From an uncultured Actinomycetes bacterium (GTDB lineage Bacteria > Actinomycetota > Acidimicrobiia > Acidimicrobiales > CAVTQP01), in NCBI GenBank assembly GCA_963736925.1, contig CAVTQP010000003.1:738845-802844 (forward strand): a stretch of 64,000 nucleotides of DNA, read 5' to 3'. A program made the translations under genes and the position numbers. Numbering within the stretch: position 1 is the first letter of the stretch; every line of letters starts with the position of its first letter. The notes below the pieces were generated by a model. It worked only from the letters and a program-made list of their open reading frames with translations. It made no database searches and was not told the origin of the DNA. Below are positions 38,915 to 48,550 of the stretch, in pieces.

Positions 38915-41194
38915 GTGAGGGCAGCGGTGCACGGCATGCCTCGGATCGGCCCTGGCCGGGAGCTCAAGCGGGCTCTCGAGGACTTCTGGGCCGGAAGGAC
39001 CGGGAGTGTGGAGCTCGAGCGGACTGCGGCATCGATACGGCGACGCAACTGGGAGACAGTGGCGACTGCCGGGGTGGACTTCGTGCCGTCGAACGACTTC
39101 TCCCTCTACGACCATTTCCTCGACGCCGCGGTCATGGTGGGCGCGGTCCCCGCTCGCTTCCGTCCCGCTGAGGGCCCATTGGACCTCGAACGTTACTTCG
39201 CCATGGCGCGCGGTGGTCACGTAGCGGGACAGTCGGTCAGTCCTCTCGACCTGACCAAGTGGTTCGACACGAACTACCACCATCTCGTGACCGAGCTCGG
39301 TCCCGACACAGCGTTCAGGGCCGATGTCACCAAGCCCTGTTCGGAGCTGGCCGAGTCTGCGGGCTTGGGCGTCGAAACTACTCCCGCGTTGGTAGGTCCC
39401 ATCACCTTCCTCTTACGGAACGCGGGGACCGACGCGGGCTTCCGGCCGCTCGACTTGCTTGACCCTCTCGTGGACACCTACCTGGATGTGTTGGCAGCGC
39501 TGGCGCGTCAGGGCGCCGTGTGGGTGAGGCTCGATGAGCCCGCGCTTGTAGAGGATCGCGGCACCGACGAGCTGGATGGCCTGGCGCGGGCGTACAAACG
39601 CATGGCGGAGAGCGGGGACCGCCCCAACATGGCGGTGTCGACTTACTTTGGGCATGTCGGGTCGGCGATGCCGGTGCTGGCCGATCTCCCGGTCGAGGGC
39701 ATCGGTCTGGACATGTGCCGAGGCCCGGACAACCTGGTGCTGTTGCGGGAGGCCGGCGGAATCCGACCCAAGGTGCTGTTCGCGGGCGTCGTGGACGGGC
39801 GCAACGTCTGGCTGAATGACCTGAACGTGACCCTCGGGTTGATCGACCAGCTCGCCGGTCTCGGCGGAGAGCTGGTCGTGTCAACCTCATGCTCATTCTT
39901 GCATGTACCGCTCAGTCTGGAGCCCGAGGCTGCTCTAGACGGCGATGTTCGCCAGTGGCTCGCTTTCGCCGAGGAGAAGCTGCGCGAGCTCGGAGTCCTG
40001 GCGCGCGGGGCAGGCTTGGGTCGCGAAGCCGTGTCCGACTCGCTCGAGGCGAACCGCTCGGCTCTGGAGGCAAAGCGCCGCTCCGAGCGAGTTGTCGACG
40101 ACTCGATCCGCCACGCGGTGGCGGTGGCTACGGAGGATCCTCGTCGATCGGTGCCGGCCGAGGAGCGCGCAAACCTACAAAGGGAGCGCTTGGGACTTCC
40201 ACCGCTGCCCACCACCACGATCGGCTCCTTTCCTCAGACAGCGGAGTTGCGCCGGGCGCGAGCGGCAGCGAGGTCGGGACGGCTCGAGGAGACGGAGTAC
40301 CGTCGTGAGCTGTTCGCCGAGATCGATCGCGTCGTCGCCCTGCAAGAGGAGATCGGGCTCGACGTCTTGGTGCACGGAGAGCCCGAACGTGACGACATGG
40401 TGCGGTACTTCGCCGGCCAGCTGACGGGCTTCGTGCTTCCCGAAGAGGGATGGGTTCAGTCTTACGGATCGCGGTGTGTGCGGCCTCCTGTGCTCTTCGG
40501 CGACATCGCCCGGATATCGCCCATGACCCTCGATTGGAACCGCTACGCGCAGTCTCGGACTCTCAAGCCTCTGAAAGGCATGTTGACCGGGCCAGTCACC
40601 ATGCTGCGGTGGTCCTTCGTTCGCGACGACCAACCCGATTCTGCCACGGCCATGCAGCTCGCCTTGGCCATGCGTGATGAGCTCGTAGACTTGCAGTCAG
40701 CCGGGGTTGCCGTAGTCCAGGTCGATGAGCCGGCTCTGCGCGAAGGGCTGCCGCTGCGGAACGCCGAGCGACCCGCGTACAAAGCGTGGGCCACACGGGT
40801 CTTCCGGACGGTGACCTCTGCAGCCGAACCGGCTACTCAACTGCACACCCACATGTGCTATGCCCAGCTCGGCGACATCGTGGACTCCCTGGAGGACCTC
40901 GACATCGACGTGATCTCGCTCGAAGCTGCCCGTTCGGGCATGGGCCTCCTGGATGACCTCGGAAAGGCTCATTACCGTGGCGGGGTGGGTCCTGGCGTCT
41001 ATGACGTGCATTCCCCGCGTGTCCCCGTGGTCGCCGAGCTGGAAGGGCTGCTCCGTCAGGCCCTGGACATCCTGGGAGCTGACCGGCTATGGGTGAACCC
41101 GGATTGTGGGCTGAAGACCCGCCGGTACGACGAAGTGCATCCTGGGCTCCACCACATGGTGACAGCAGCCCAGCGTGTGCGCGCGACCCTGTAG
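38915..41194 (+). CDS. metE: Cobalamin-independent methionine synthase (5-methyltetrahydropteroyltriglutamate--homocysteine S-methyltransferase)
   Basis: 'HGMPRIGPGRELKRALEDFW', 'TKWFDTNYHHLV', 'IGSFPQTAELRRAR', 'VLVHGEPERDDMVRYF', the zinc site 'HTHMCY', and 'WVNPDCGLKTR'. The start is taken at GTG 38915, behind a GAAGGGGG RBS. Confidence 0.9.
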   Translation: MRAAVHGMPRIGPGRELKRALEDFWAGRTGSVELERTAASIRRRNWETVATAGVDFVPSNDFSLYDHFLDAAVMVGAVPARFRPAEGPLDLERYFAMARGGHVAGQSVSPLDLTKWFDTNYHHLVTELGPDTAFRADVTKPCSELAESAGLGVETTPALVGPITFLLRNAGTDAGFRPLDLLDPLVDTYLDVLAALARQGAVWVRLDEPALVEDRGTDELDGLARAYKRMAESGDRPNMAVSTYFGHVGSAMPVLADLPVEGIGLDMCRGPDNLVLLREAGGIRPKVLFAGVVDGRNVWLNDLNVTLGLIDQLAGLGGELVVSTSCSFLHVPLSLEPEAALDGDVRQWLAFAEEKLRELGVLARGAGLGREAVSDSLEANRSALEAKRRSERVVDDSIRHAVAVATEDPRRSVPAEERANLQRERLGLPPLPTTTIGSFPQTAELRRARAAARSGRLEETEYRRELFAEIDRVVALQEEIGLDVLVHGEPERDDMVRYFAGQLTGFVLPEEGWVQSYGSRCVRPPVLFGDIARISPMTLDWNRYAQSRTLKPLKGMLTGPVTMLRWSFVRDDQPDSATAMQLALAMRDELVDLQSAGVAVVQVDEPALREGLPLRNAERPAYKAWATRVFRTVTSAAEPATQLHTHMCYAQLGDIVDSLEDLDIDVISLEAARSGMGLLDDLGKAHYRGGVGPGVYDVHSPRVPVVAELEGLLRQALDILGADRLWVNPDCGLKTRRYDEVHPGLHHMVTAAQRVRATL

Positions 41195-41267
41195 CGCCTC
41201 CCACCCGTTAGTCAGTCACCTCAAAACACGTCCCCCAAAGCACGTCGCCTGTGAGAGATCGGGCCGG

Positions 41268-42098
41268 TCAGCCGACGAGTTCGGCCATGGTCGTGGACGC
41301 GAACTCCTCCACTCGTTGCCTGCCCACTTCCGGCCAGCCGCATACGAGATAGCCAACGCCTGCCTCACGCATCGCTTCGGCGTTGCGCCGAACCTGGTCC
41401 AGCGGCTCGGAGAGGGAAAGGGAGGACGCTCGAGTGATCTGGGTGGGGTCCCGACCGATCCCCTCCGCCAATCGGCTGAGCTGCGCCGACAGAGCCGTGA
41501 TGCCCCCGGGATCCGCAAAGGTATGCCACACGTCGGCGAACCGAGCAGCGATCGGTAGGGTGCGACGCCGGCCGGAGCCCCCGATCCAAATCGGCGGATG
41601 GGGAGATTGGACCGGCGTGGGGAGCATGCGGGCCCTGTCGAGATGGAACACCTTGCCGTCGTAGGAAACCTCATCGCCGGTGTAGAGACGGAGCATGATC
41701 TCGAGGGCATCCTCCAGCATGTCAAAGCGCTGTCCGATCGGCGGAAAGTCGATACCCAGCTGATGATGCTCCGGTTCGAACCAAGCAGCTCCCATCGCCA
41801 ACTCGAGGCGGCCCTGGGAGGCGTGCTCGATGGTAAGCGCTTGGGCGGCGAGCACCGACGGATGGCGGTAGGTGACGCCGGTTACGAGCAGGCCGAGGCG
41901 GATTTGGCTCGTCACGGAGGCCATGGCCGCGAGTGTGGTCATGCCTTCGAAGCAGTTCCCAGGCCCTCGGCCGTACATTGGAACGAAGTGATCAAACCCC
42001 CACGCGCCATCGAAGCCAACGTTCTCCGCGAAGCGTGTCCGACTCACGACCTCGTTGAAGTCCACGCGCTGCTGGGCGACATCGATTCCGAACCGCAC
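41268..42098 (-). CDS. Luciferase-like monooxygenase (LLM) class, probably F420-dependent oxidoreductase
   Basis: 'MRFGIDVAQQ...AENVGFDGAWGFDHF', 'RLELAMGAAWFEPEHHQLGIDFP', 'PPIWIGGSGRRRTLPIAARFADVW'. Confidence 0.8.
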   Translation of the reverse strand: MRFGIDVAQQRVDFNEVVSRTRFAENVGFDGAWGFDHFVPMYGRGPGNCFEGMTTLAAMASVTSQIRLGLLVTGVTYRHPSVLAAQALTIEHASQGRLELAMGAAWFEPEHHQLGIDFPPIGQRFDMLEDALEIMLRLYTGDEVSYDGKVFHLDRARMLPTPVQSPHPPIWIGGSGRRRTLPIAARFADVWHTFADPGGITALSAQLSRLAEGIGRDPTQITRASSLSLSEPLDQVRRNAEAMREAGVGYLVCGWPEVGRQRVEEFASTTMAELVG

Positions 42099-42321
42099 GG
42101 CTGGACCCTAGCAAGACGATCCGCATGAGCATCGGGTCGGGTCATCGGCCGGCATTGATTGAGCATCGAGGCTTTGGGACGGTCTAGCTGACGTACCCTT
42201 GCCTGGCTGCTAAGACAGGGTATGCTAGGACAGGGTTGCCACGAGTTGGTCTCCAATGTTCGTGAATGTGGCAGGAGATCCTGAGCGCCCTCGGTGACGG
42301 CGACCCCGGACGTGGCGAAAG

Positions 42322-43236
42322 GTGGGCGTGCACCTCGATCCGTACATAGTTCTCGGGAGCGCTGTCATCGGGTTCCTCGTCGGCATGACCGGCGCCGGCG
42401 GTGGTGCCCTCATGACCCCGATGCTCATCCTTCTCTTCGGGGTCAACCCTTCCACCGCCATCTCGAGCGACCTCGTCGCCGCCGTGGTGATGCGACCCCT
42501 GGGGGCCGCCGTCCACCTGCGAAGAGGAACCGTCAACCTGCAGCTCGTCAGGTGGATGGTCATGGGTTCGGTGCCGATGGCCTTCTTCGGCGCCTACCTC
42601 CTCCATCTGATGGGTCACACCAAGGAGGCGGAGCAGAACGTCCAGACGGCGCTCGGTGCCGCGTTACTGGTGGGAGCAGGCGCCATGGTCTTGCGCCACG
42701 CGCTCGACCGCCGCACCAGGCGAACCCACACGAGCCCGGTGGGAGAGCTGACCGTTCGTCCGCTACCCACGATGGCCGTGGGCATGATCGGCGGCATCGT
42801 GGTGGGGATCACCTCGGTCGGTTCCGGATCCCTGATGATCGTCTCGCTCCTGTTCCTCTACCCGATGCTCGGCGCGAACCAACTCGTCGGTACGGATCTC
42901 ACCCAGGCCGTGCCGCTGACCCTTGCCGCGGCCCTCGGAGCCCTCATCTTCGGCCACGTGGAGCTGTCTGTGACCACTTCACTGATCCTCGGAAGCGTCC
43001 CGGCGGTGCTGGTGGGGTCGGCCGTGTCCTCCAAGGCTCCGGACCGCTACATCCGGCCCGCCATCACCTTCGTGATCTTCGGTTCGGGGCTTAAGTACGT
43101 AGGGGTGGGTACGAAGGTCCTCGGGTGGGTCCTGTGCGGGGTCCTGCTCGCCGGCAGCGTCATATGGCTGTGCTACGCCCGACCCTGGAGGAAGGGGACT
43201 CTTACCCCGTCGAGGGCAGAAACAATGCCACGATGA
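42322..43236 (+). CDS. TauE/SafE-family (DUF81) anion exporter
   Basis: It has about 8 TM helices and duplicated 'GxGGG' segments ('GMTGAGGGALMTPMLILLFG', 'GITSVGSGSLMIVSLLFLY'). Confidence 0.85.
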   Translation: MGVHLDPYIVLGSAVIGFLVGMTGAGGGALMTPMLILLFGVNPSTAISSDLVAAVVMRPLGAAVHLRRGTVNLQLVRWMVMGSVPMAFFGAYLLHLMGHTKEAEQNVQTALGAALLVGAGAMVLRHALDRRTRRTHTSPVGELTVRPLPTMAVGMIGGIVVGITSVGSGSLMIVSLLFLYPMLGANQLVGTDLTQAVPLTLAAALGALIFGHVELSVTTSLILGSVPAVLVGSAVSSKAPDRYIRPAITFVIFGSGLKYVGVGTKVLGWVLCGVLLAGSVIWLCYARPWRKGTLTPSRAETMPR

Positions 43237-43511
43237 TCCCCATGAAGGCTCCGAGGGAGGGCGACCCAAGGCGCTCGGCCCTCACTGCTCTTCGGGATCT
43301 TTGCCGGTGGCGGAACTGACCCTTCTAAGGAGGTCGAAGGTTGCTGAAGGTCAAGTTGAGGGTGAGCTTTGGCGACGGAGGCAGGGCTCGAGGTCTCGGA
43401 TCAGCCGGTCCCGGAGGTGATAGAGAGTAGTGGCGAGACTACGTTGAGTGATGTACAGTGCTCCGTGTCAAGGCCCGGGCTGGGTGCGGGGCCTTACTTC
43501 GGGGGGTGTGA

Positions 43512-46238
43512 TTGGGGATGGGGGAAGCCAGGTCTCGGGATACCGACGTGGGCCGTCGGTCTTCGCGAGAGACCGGAAGCGGCCGGGGAAGACTGAGTGC
43601 AGCTCTAGCCGCGGAGAGCGCGAAGAGATGGCTGCTGGGCGTCATCAAGGCGACAGTGGTGAAGGCGACGGTATTCGGGGCAGCGGTCCTGGTCGCCACG
43701 GGCCTTTTGGCGGTGGTCGGATCCGGGACCGAGGCGAGCGCCGCGCCGAACTCGGTGCCTGACTTCCTCGTCGCCGTGTCCCGCAGCGACGCGACCCTGA
43801 TTCCTCTCAGCCCGGCCGACGGGAGCCAGCAGGGGAACCCGATCAGCGTCACGAACCCGAATCCGCCTCCGGCCGGATTTGGCCCGGAGAACGTGGCCAT
43901 CACCCCCGATGGGCGCTTTGCGTACGTGACGGACTCAAACGACTTCCCCAATCCCGGAGGTGCCCAGGCGGTGACGGTCATCGACCTGGCTGCCCAGAAG
44001 GCCGGGCCGGTCATCACCGTGGGGAACAAACCCCAGGGGATCGCCGTAACGCCTGACGGCAAGGAGGTCCTGGTGGCCAACGGCGGGACGGGAGAGGCCG
44101 GCGGATTAGGGGGAACCGTCTCGGTGATCTCGACCGCGACGAACCAGGTCACCGCCACGCCCACCTTCCCACTAGACCCCGGGACCCCGCCGGCCAGCGG
44201 GACGCCCCCGAACCTGGAAGGTGTCGCGATCACCCCCGACGGGAGCACGGCATGGATAGACGACTACAGCGGGGGCATGATCTACCCGCTGAACCTCTCG
44301 GACGACTCGGTGGGAACGCCCGTCCATACGGGGGGAAGCCCCTTTGGGATAACGATCACGCCGAACGGAAGGACCGCCTACGTCTCCCTGTCGGGCGACA
44401 ACCAGGTTGTCCCTGTATCCCTGCAGGGGACGCCCACTCCAGGCTTGCCGATCGCCGTCGGCGAGACACCACAAGAGCTGGCGGTCTCTCCCGACGGCAG
44501 CCAGGTGTGGGTGGCCAACCTGGGCCTGACGAGCAAGACCGGAAGTGCCGACGTGATCTCCACGTCCGACAACGTCGCCACTCCAATAGCGGTCCCAGCC
44601 GGCGTGCAGCCGGTGGGAATCGCCATGACCCCCGACGCCAAGACCGTGTGGGTGTCGGACCAGAACACGCCGGGCCACGTCGTTCCGATCTCCACCTCCA
44701 CGGATACCGCCGGGACGCCAGTCCAGACCGGCAATGAGATCTTCGGGCTGGCCGTCACTCCAGACCAGGCCCCTGTGGCGGCCCTGCACGTCACCCCGGC
44801 CGCCGCAGGCTCTCCCTCCAGCCTCGACGCGACCGCATCCACCCCGGTCTTTGGCTCGATCACGAACTACCACTGGGACTTCGGAGACGGCAGCGCCCCC
44901 GTCGACAGCGGCTCAGGCAAGATGACCCACGTCTACGCGGGCGGAACCTACACAGCTTCGGTGACGGTGACCGACACGGCTGGAACGTCCACCACCCAGG
45001 TTTTCGGGGGCACCCAGATGATCCGCGACGGTGGAAGCTCCGCGGAGGCCAGCCAGACCTTCACCGTGGTCACGCCCAACCCATACCACCCGCTCACGCC
45101 CTACCGCATCGCTGATACCAGACCGGGGTCTGGACAGCCGTATGCCGGCCAGACCCTCGGGCCTAACTCCACCCTCAACGTCCAGGTGTCTGGCGTAGCC
45201 GGCCCACAGGGCCAGACCGTCCCAACCAATGCCACTGCCGTGGTGTTGAACGTGACAGCGGTCGCTCCCAGCTCCGGTACCTATGTAACCGTCTGGCCGA
45301 GCGGACAGGCCCTGCCCCTTGCCTCGAACCTCAATGTTCCTGTAGGTGGGGTGGTGCCCAACTTGGTGGAAGTGGGGCTAGGTGCCGGGGGTCAGGTCAG
45401 CACCTACAACTCCCTGGGTAACACCAACATCGTGGTCGACGTAGAGGGCTACGTGGGCCCAAGTGCTGACACATCTGGCCTGTTCAATCCGCTAACCCCA
45501 GCCAGGATCACCGACACGAGGCCCGGCTCGGGTGAGCCAAATGCGGGACACACCCTTGGACCAGGCGGCACCTTGAACATGCAGGTGACCGGAGAAGGCG
45601 GCGTCCCGGCAAAAGGTGCGTCTGCCGTGGTGTTGAACCTGACTGCGGTCGCCCCGAGTTCGGGCACATTTCTAACGGCATGGCCGAACGGCCAATCCCG
45701 GCCCCTGGCCTCTAACCTCAACCCGCCTGCAGGGCATAACGTCCCCAACAGGGTGACCGTCCCGGTCGGAGCGGGAGGTCAGGTCGAGATCTACAACAGT
45801 CTGGGCTCGGTGGATGTCGTGGTGGACGTTGGCGGTTGGTATACCGATGCCAACACTTCGACCGGCTACAAGTTCTCCCCGGCCGCAGCCCCGATGCGCA
45901 TTGCCGACACTCGCTCCAGCTCAGGCGAGCCCTACGCGGGACAGACCCTTGGGCCGAACAGCACGTTGGGGGTTCAAGTGGCGAGCGCGAATGGCATTCC
46001 GTCCTCGGCAGCAGCGGTGGTCGCCAATGTGACCGTAGTTGACACCTCAGCGGGTTCTTACCTGACGGCTTGGCCAGATCTAGCGCCACGGCCCTTAGCG
46101 TCTGATCTCAACTGGGGACCGGGAGAGATCGTTCCAAACCTGGTTGTCACCAAACTGGGCTCCGATGGAGTCCTCGACCTCTATAACAACCTGGGATCCA
46201 CCGACATCATCGTCGACGTCGGAGGCTGGTACTCCTAG
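43512..46238 (+). CDS. Large secreted protein: YVTN-type beta-propeller + PKD domain + three ~130-aa tandem C-terminal repeats
   Basis: It has a signal-like 'VFGAAVLVATGLLAVVGSGTEASA'. The propeller blades are 'ITPDGRFAYVTDSN', 'VTPDGKEVLVANGG', 'ITPDGSTAWIDD', 'ITPNGRTAYVSL', 'VSPDGSQVWVANLG' and 'MTPDAKTVWVSDQN'. The PKD domain is 'YHWDFGDGS...THVYAGGTYTASVTVTD'. The repeats are 45078-45479, 45480-45866 and 45867-46235 ('R[IV]xDTRxxSGxP..GQTLGP..TL..QV...A[VA]V[LA]N[VL]T[AV]V..S..G[TSF][YF][LV]T[AV]WP...PLAS[ND]LN...VPN.V...G..G.V..YN.LG..D[IV][IV]VDV.G[YW]'). The start codon is uncertain. Confidence 0.75.
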   Translation: MGMGEARSRDTDVGRRSSRETGSGRGRLSAALAAESAKRWLLGVIKATVVKATVFGAAVLVATGLLAVVGSGTEASAAPNSVPDFLVAVSRSDATLIPLSPADGSQQGNPISVTNPNPPPAGFGPENVAITPDGRFAYVTDSNDFPNPGGAQAVTVIDLAAQKAGPVITVGNKPQGIAVTPDGKEVLVANGGTGEAGGLGGTVSVISTATNQVTATPTFPLDPGTPPASGTPPNLEGVAITPDGSTAWIDDYSGGMIYPLNLSDDSVGTPVHTGGSPFGITITPNGRTAYVSLSGDNQVVPVSLQGTPTPGLPIAVGETPQELAVSPDGSQVWVANLGLTSKTGSADVISTSDNVATPIAVPAGVQPVGIAMTPDAKTVWVSDQNTPGHVVPISTSTDTAGTPVQTGNEIFGLAVTPDQAPVAALHVTPAAAGSPSSLDATASTPVFGSITNYHWDFGDGSAPVDSGSGKMTHVYAGGTYTASVTVTDTAGTSTTQVFGGTQMIRDGGSSAEASQTFTVVTPNPYHPLTPYRIADTRPGSGQPYAGQTLGPNSTLNVQVSGVAGPQGQTVPTNATAVVLNVTAVAPSSGTYVTVWPSGQALPLASNLNVPVGGVVPNLVEVGLGAGGQVSTYNSLGNTNIVVDVEGYVGPSADTSGLFNPLTPARITDTRPGSGEPNAGHTLGPGGTLNMQVTGEGGVPAKGASAVVLNLTAVAPSSGTFLTAWPNGQSRPLASNLNPPAGHNVPNRVTVPVGAGGQVEIYNSLGSVDVVVDVGGWYTDANTSTGYKFSPAAAPMRIADTRSSSGEPYAGQTLGPNSTLGVQVASANGIPSSAAAVVANVTVVDTSAGSYLTAWPDLAPRPLASDLNWGPGEIVPNLVVTKLGSDGVLDLYNNLGSTDIIVDVGGWYS

Positions 46239-46456
46239 GCCCCAAGTGGGGGCTAGGAGTAGGAAGGAGGCCCTCGGCCACTCCCCAGGGAAGCCTGATA
46301 TTGAGGGTTCTGAGAGTCGGGACGTGCGTGTGGCCGGCGACGACGATGTCTACCTCTTGGGGCCATCCCCGAGGCGAAGCGACCTCGCACCGTCCCTGAC
46401 TACCCCGGAACAGCCCTAGACAATCCGTAGGGTCCGATTGGTACCGTTTGGGTTGT

Positions 46457-46513
46457 GGTGAGCCGGGGACCGGCGCCGGGGAGGAACCGCAATCCACCGG
46501 GCCCCGGCTCACC
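46457..46513. repeat. Long inverted repeat (12-bp arms GGTGAGCCGGGG / CCCCGGCTCACC, 33-nt spacer)
   Basis: Read directly from the sequence. It lies in the 500-bp gap between two convergent genes. The spacer contains a further CCGG...CCGG pairing. Confidence 0.6.
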
Positions 46514-46734
46514 CCAGCCCAGCGATGGCGAAACTGGCCCACTCTGTCACTCACGGGCCGCCATCGCTGTGGCCGCGACGATAAAAAGGAGTGTACCCGG
46601 CGCGGCTGTACCCGCCGGCGGCAGAACCCCGAAGTAAAGCCCCGAAGGCGCCCGCTGCACGATGATGGACCCGGCGGTCAAGGCCGGGACCTGGGGCATG
46701 GAGAGGGTTCCGGCGACAGGCTCGTGAGCCAGAT

Positions 46735-48258
46735 CTAGCGGCCGATTCCCGGGACCGCAGGTCCCATCATCGCCCCCGCGGTCGCCACGTCGGTCGGGTA
46801 GGTCCGCATGGCTTTGAACAGGAAGAACGCGCTGGCGCTTAGTGGCACCAGCATGATGATGAAGGTCCATTGCAGGCCGGACTGAGCTCCACCGAGAAGG
46901 TCGGAAGTGGCCCCGAACAGCAAAGGAGCGAGTGCTTGCGCCCCGGTGCGCACGAACGTGCGGATCCCCTCCGCCCTCCCCCACAAGGGCGCCGGCATGA
47001 TGTCGAGTCGGGCGGCGTCGATGGGCGGGTTCTGGGCCGACAGGGCGGCGGCGGCAACGACGAGGTATGGCAGAGCGGTCATGGTGTTGTGGGTCAGTAG
47101 CGCGGGCACGAACAACCCCACGGTGATGACCGCCGAGAAGGCGGCTACCTGGAGCCGGCCCTTGAGATGGCCACGCCGCAGCAAACGGTCGCCGAGCGGG
47201 CCGCCGACCAGGATGCCCGCACCCGCGCCGGCGCCGATGACCAGCATCAACAGGTTGGCCAGAGCCTGGTTGACCCGGTACTGGCCCTTCACGAACTCCA
47301 CACCGAAAGTTTGTATCCCCGCGAGGAAGTAGTAGCCGCACGCTCCTGAGACGATCAGCGCCACGTTCGTGCGGACTGCCAGCACGTAGCGGGCCGCCGA
47401 GAAGAATCTCATCTGGCCAGGTGATCCCCTCCGAAGTAGTCGGGGATCGAGGGGGACACGTTGTGCCTGGGCGAGCCGCTGCGCGTCGGTGACACTTGGC
47501 CCGCTTTCCTCGCCGCCCTCTTCCGCGACTCGACCCAATGCGGGACGCTGCTCATAGTCGCCCGTGGCCTGGTCGAGCGAACGGGGCAGCAAGGGAGCCT
47601 GGCCCCCGCGTGCCGGTTCGGGCAACCGGAAGACCAGCCAGGCGAGGACAAAAGCCGGTAGGGCCAGTATCACGAAGGCCGCCCTCCACGAGAGCGCCGC
47701 TACGTCGCCCGTGACGGCGAATCCCGCCCCGGCTCCCATCAGCTCACCGATGAGGATGAAGCTGTATATGCGGCCTCGCTCGGCGCCCGGGAAGTAGTCG
47801 CCGACCAAGGAGGCCACGGCCGGTCCGGCGGCGGCGGTGACCACTCCCAAGGCCAGGCGGGCCAGGAGGAGCTTGCCGAAGGTCCCGGCGGTCGCGCTCC
47901 ACAACATCGCCCCGCCCCACAACACGATTGCGAAGGACAGTGTCCAGGTTCGCCGTACCCGGTCGGCCAGGGCCCCGAAGGGTACCGAGGCGACGGCTCC
48001 GACCGCCGAGCTCACGGCCACGAGCAGGCCGATGTCGGTGTTGCCGATGTGAAGCGACTGGCGGAGCTCGGTGGCCGAGGCGCCCACGGTGGCAGCGTCA
48101 GCGCTGCTCAGGGCGAGCACAGCGGCCAGGACGACGATCACGCGGGTCCGCTCGGGGCCCCCGAGCCTGACCGTCAGGCGCTGGCGTACGGCCGAAGCTC
48201 CACGATGACCCGTTCGCGCGGCCGAGCGGAACGCGCTGTCATGGACGGCGTCAGCCAT
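46735..48258 (-). CDS. Major facilitator superfamily transporter
   Basis: 507 aa with ~12-14 TM helices, the MFS loop motif 'GALADRVRRTW', and a central hydrophilic loop. Confidence 0.85.
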   Translation of the reverse strand: MADAVHDSAFRSAARTGHRGASAVRQRLTVRLGGPERTRVIVVLAAVLALSSADAATVGASATELRQSLHIGNTDIGLLVAVSSAVGAVASVPFGALADRVRRTWTLSFAIVLWGGAMLWSATAGTFGKLLLARLALGVVTAAAGPAVASLVGDYFPGAERGRIYSFILIGELMGAGAGFAVTGDVAALSWRAAFVILALPAFVLAWLVFRLPEPARGGQAPLLPRSLDQATGDYEQRPALGRVAEEGGEESGPSVTDAQRLAQAQRVPLDPRLLRRGSPGQMRFFSAARYVLAVRTNVALIVSGACGYYFLAGIQTFGVEFVKGQYRVNQALANLLMLVIGAGAGAGILVGGPLGDRLLRRGHLKGRLQVAAFSAVITVGLFVPALLTHNTMTALPYLVVAAAALSAQNPPIDAARLDIMPAPLWGRAEGIRTFVRTGAQALAPLLFGATSDLLGGAQSGLQWTFIIMLVPLSASAFFLFKAMRTYPTDVATAGAMMGPAVPGIGR

Positions 48259-48550
48259 CGAACTGGACGTTCAAGGAGTGATGGGAGGTCGCCTGGGCCG
48301 TTCGGACCGTCGGGGGCGACGGTTGGGCTGTCGAGGACGGACGCCGGGACTCACGCCCAGGCCACTGACCCGGCTGCACTCCCGAGACTCTACCGGGAGG
48401 GCCGTCGTCGGGGCTCCGCCACTAGGGTCCTCGAGGCGCTGGTCCACCCGGCCCTCTCGTCGTAAGGATGGGCCAGCCTCTCGTCCTGAGGATGACGTTG
48501 AGGAGGTCGAGTGGCAATGTGGGCACGGACTCGAAGGAGCAGCGCTCACG

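Noticed and set aside
43439-44248. 269-aa ORF (and 44172..44873, 233 aa) antisense to the 908-aa secreted protein gene
   Set aside because: These are shadow ORFs of a gene with clear propeller/PKD motifs. Their composition is low-complexity and I recognise no domain.
48278-48550. Long N-terminal extension of the arylsulfatase ORF (start at 48278)
   Set aside because: The extension is Arg/Gly/Pro-rich with no sulfatase similarity. Conserved sequence begins at MADHTRFEG (ATG 48551). The extension would also leave almost no promoter space next to the divergent MFS gene.
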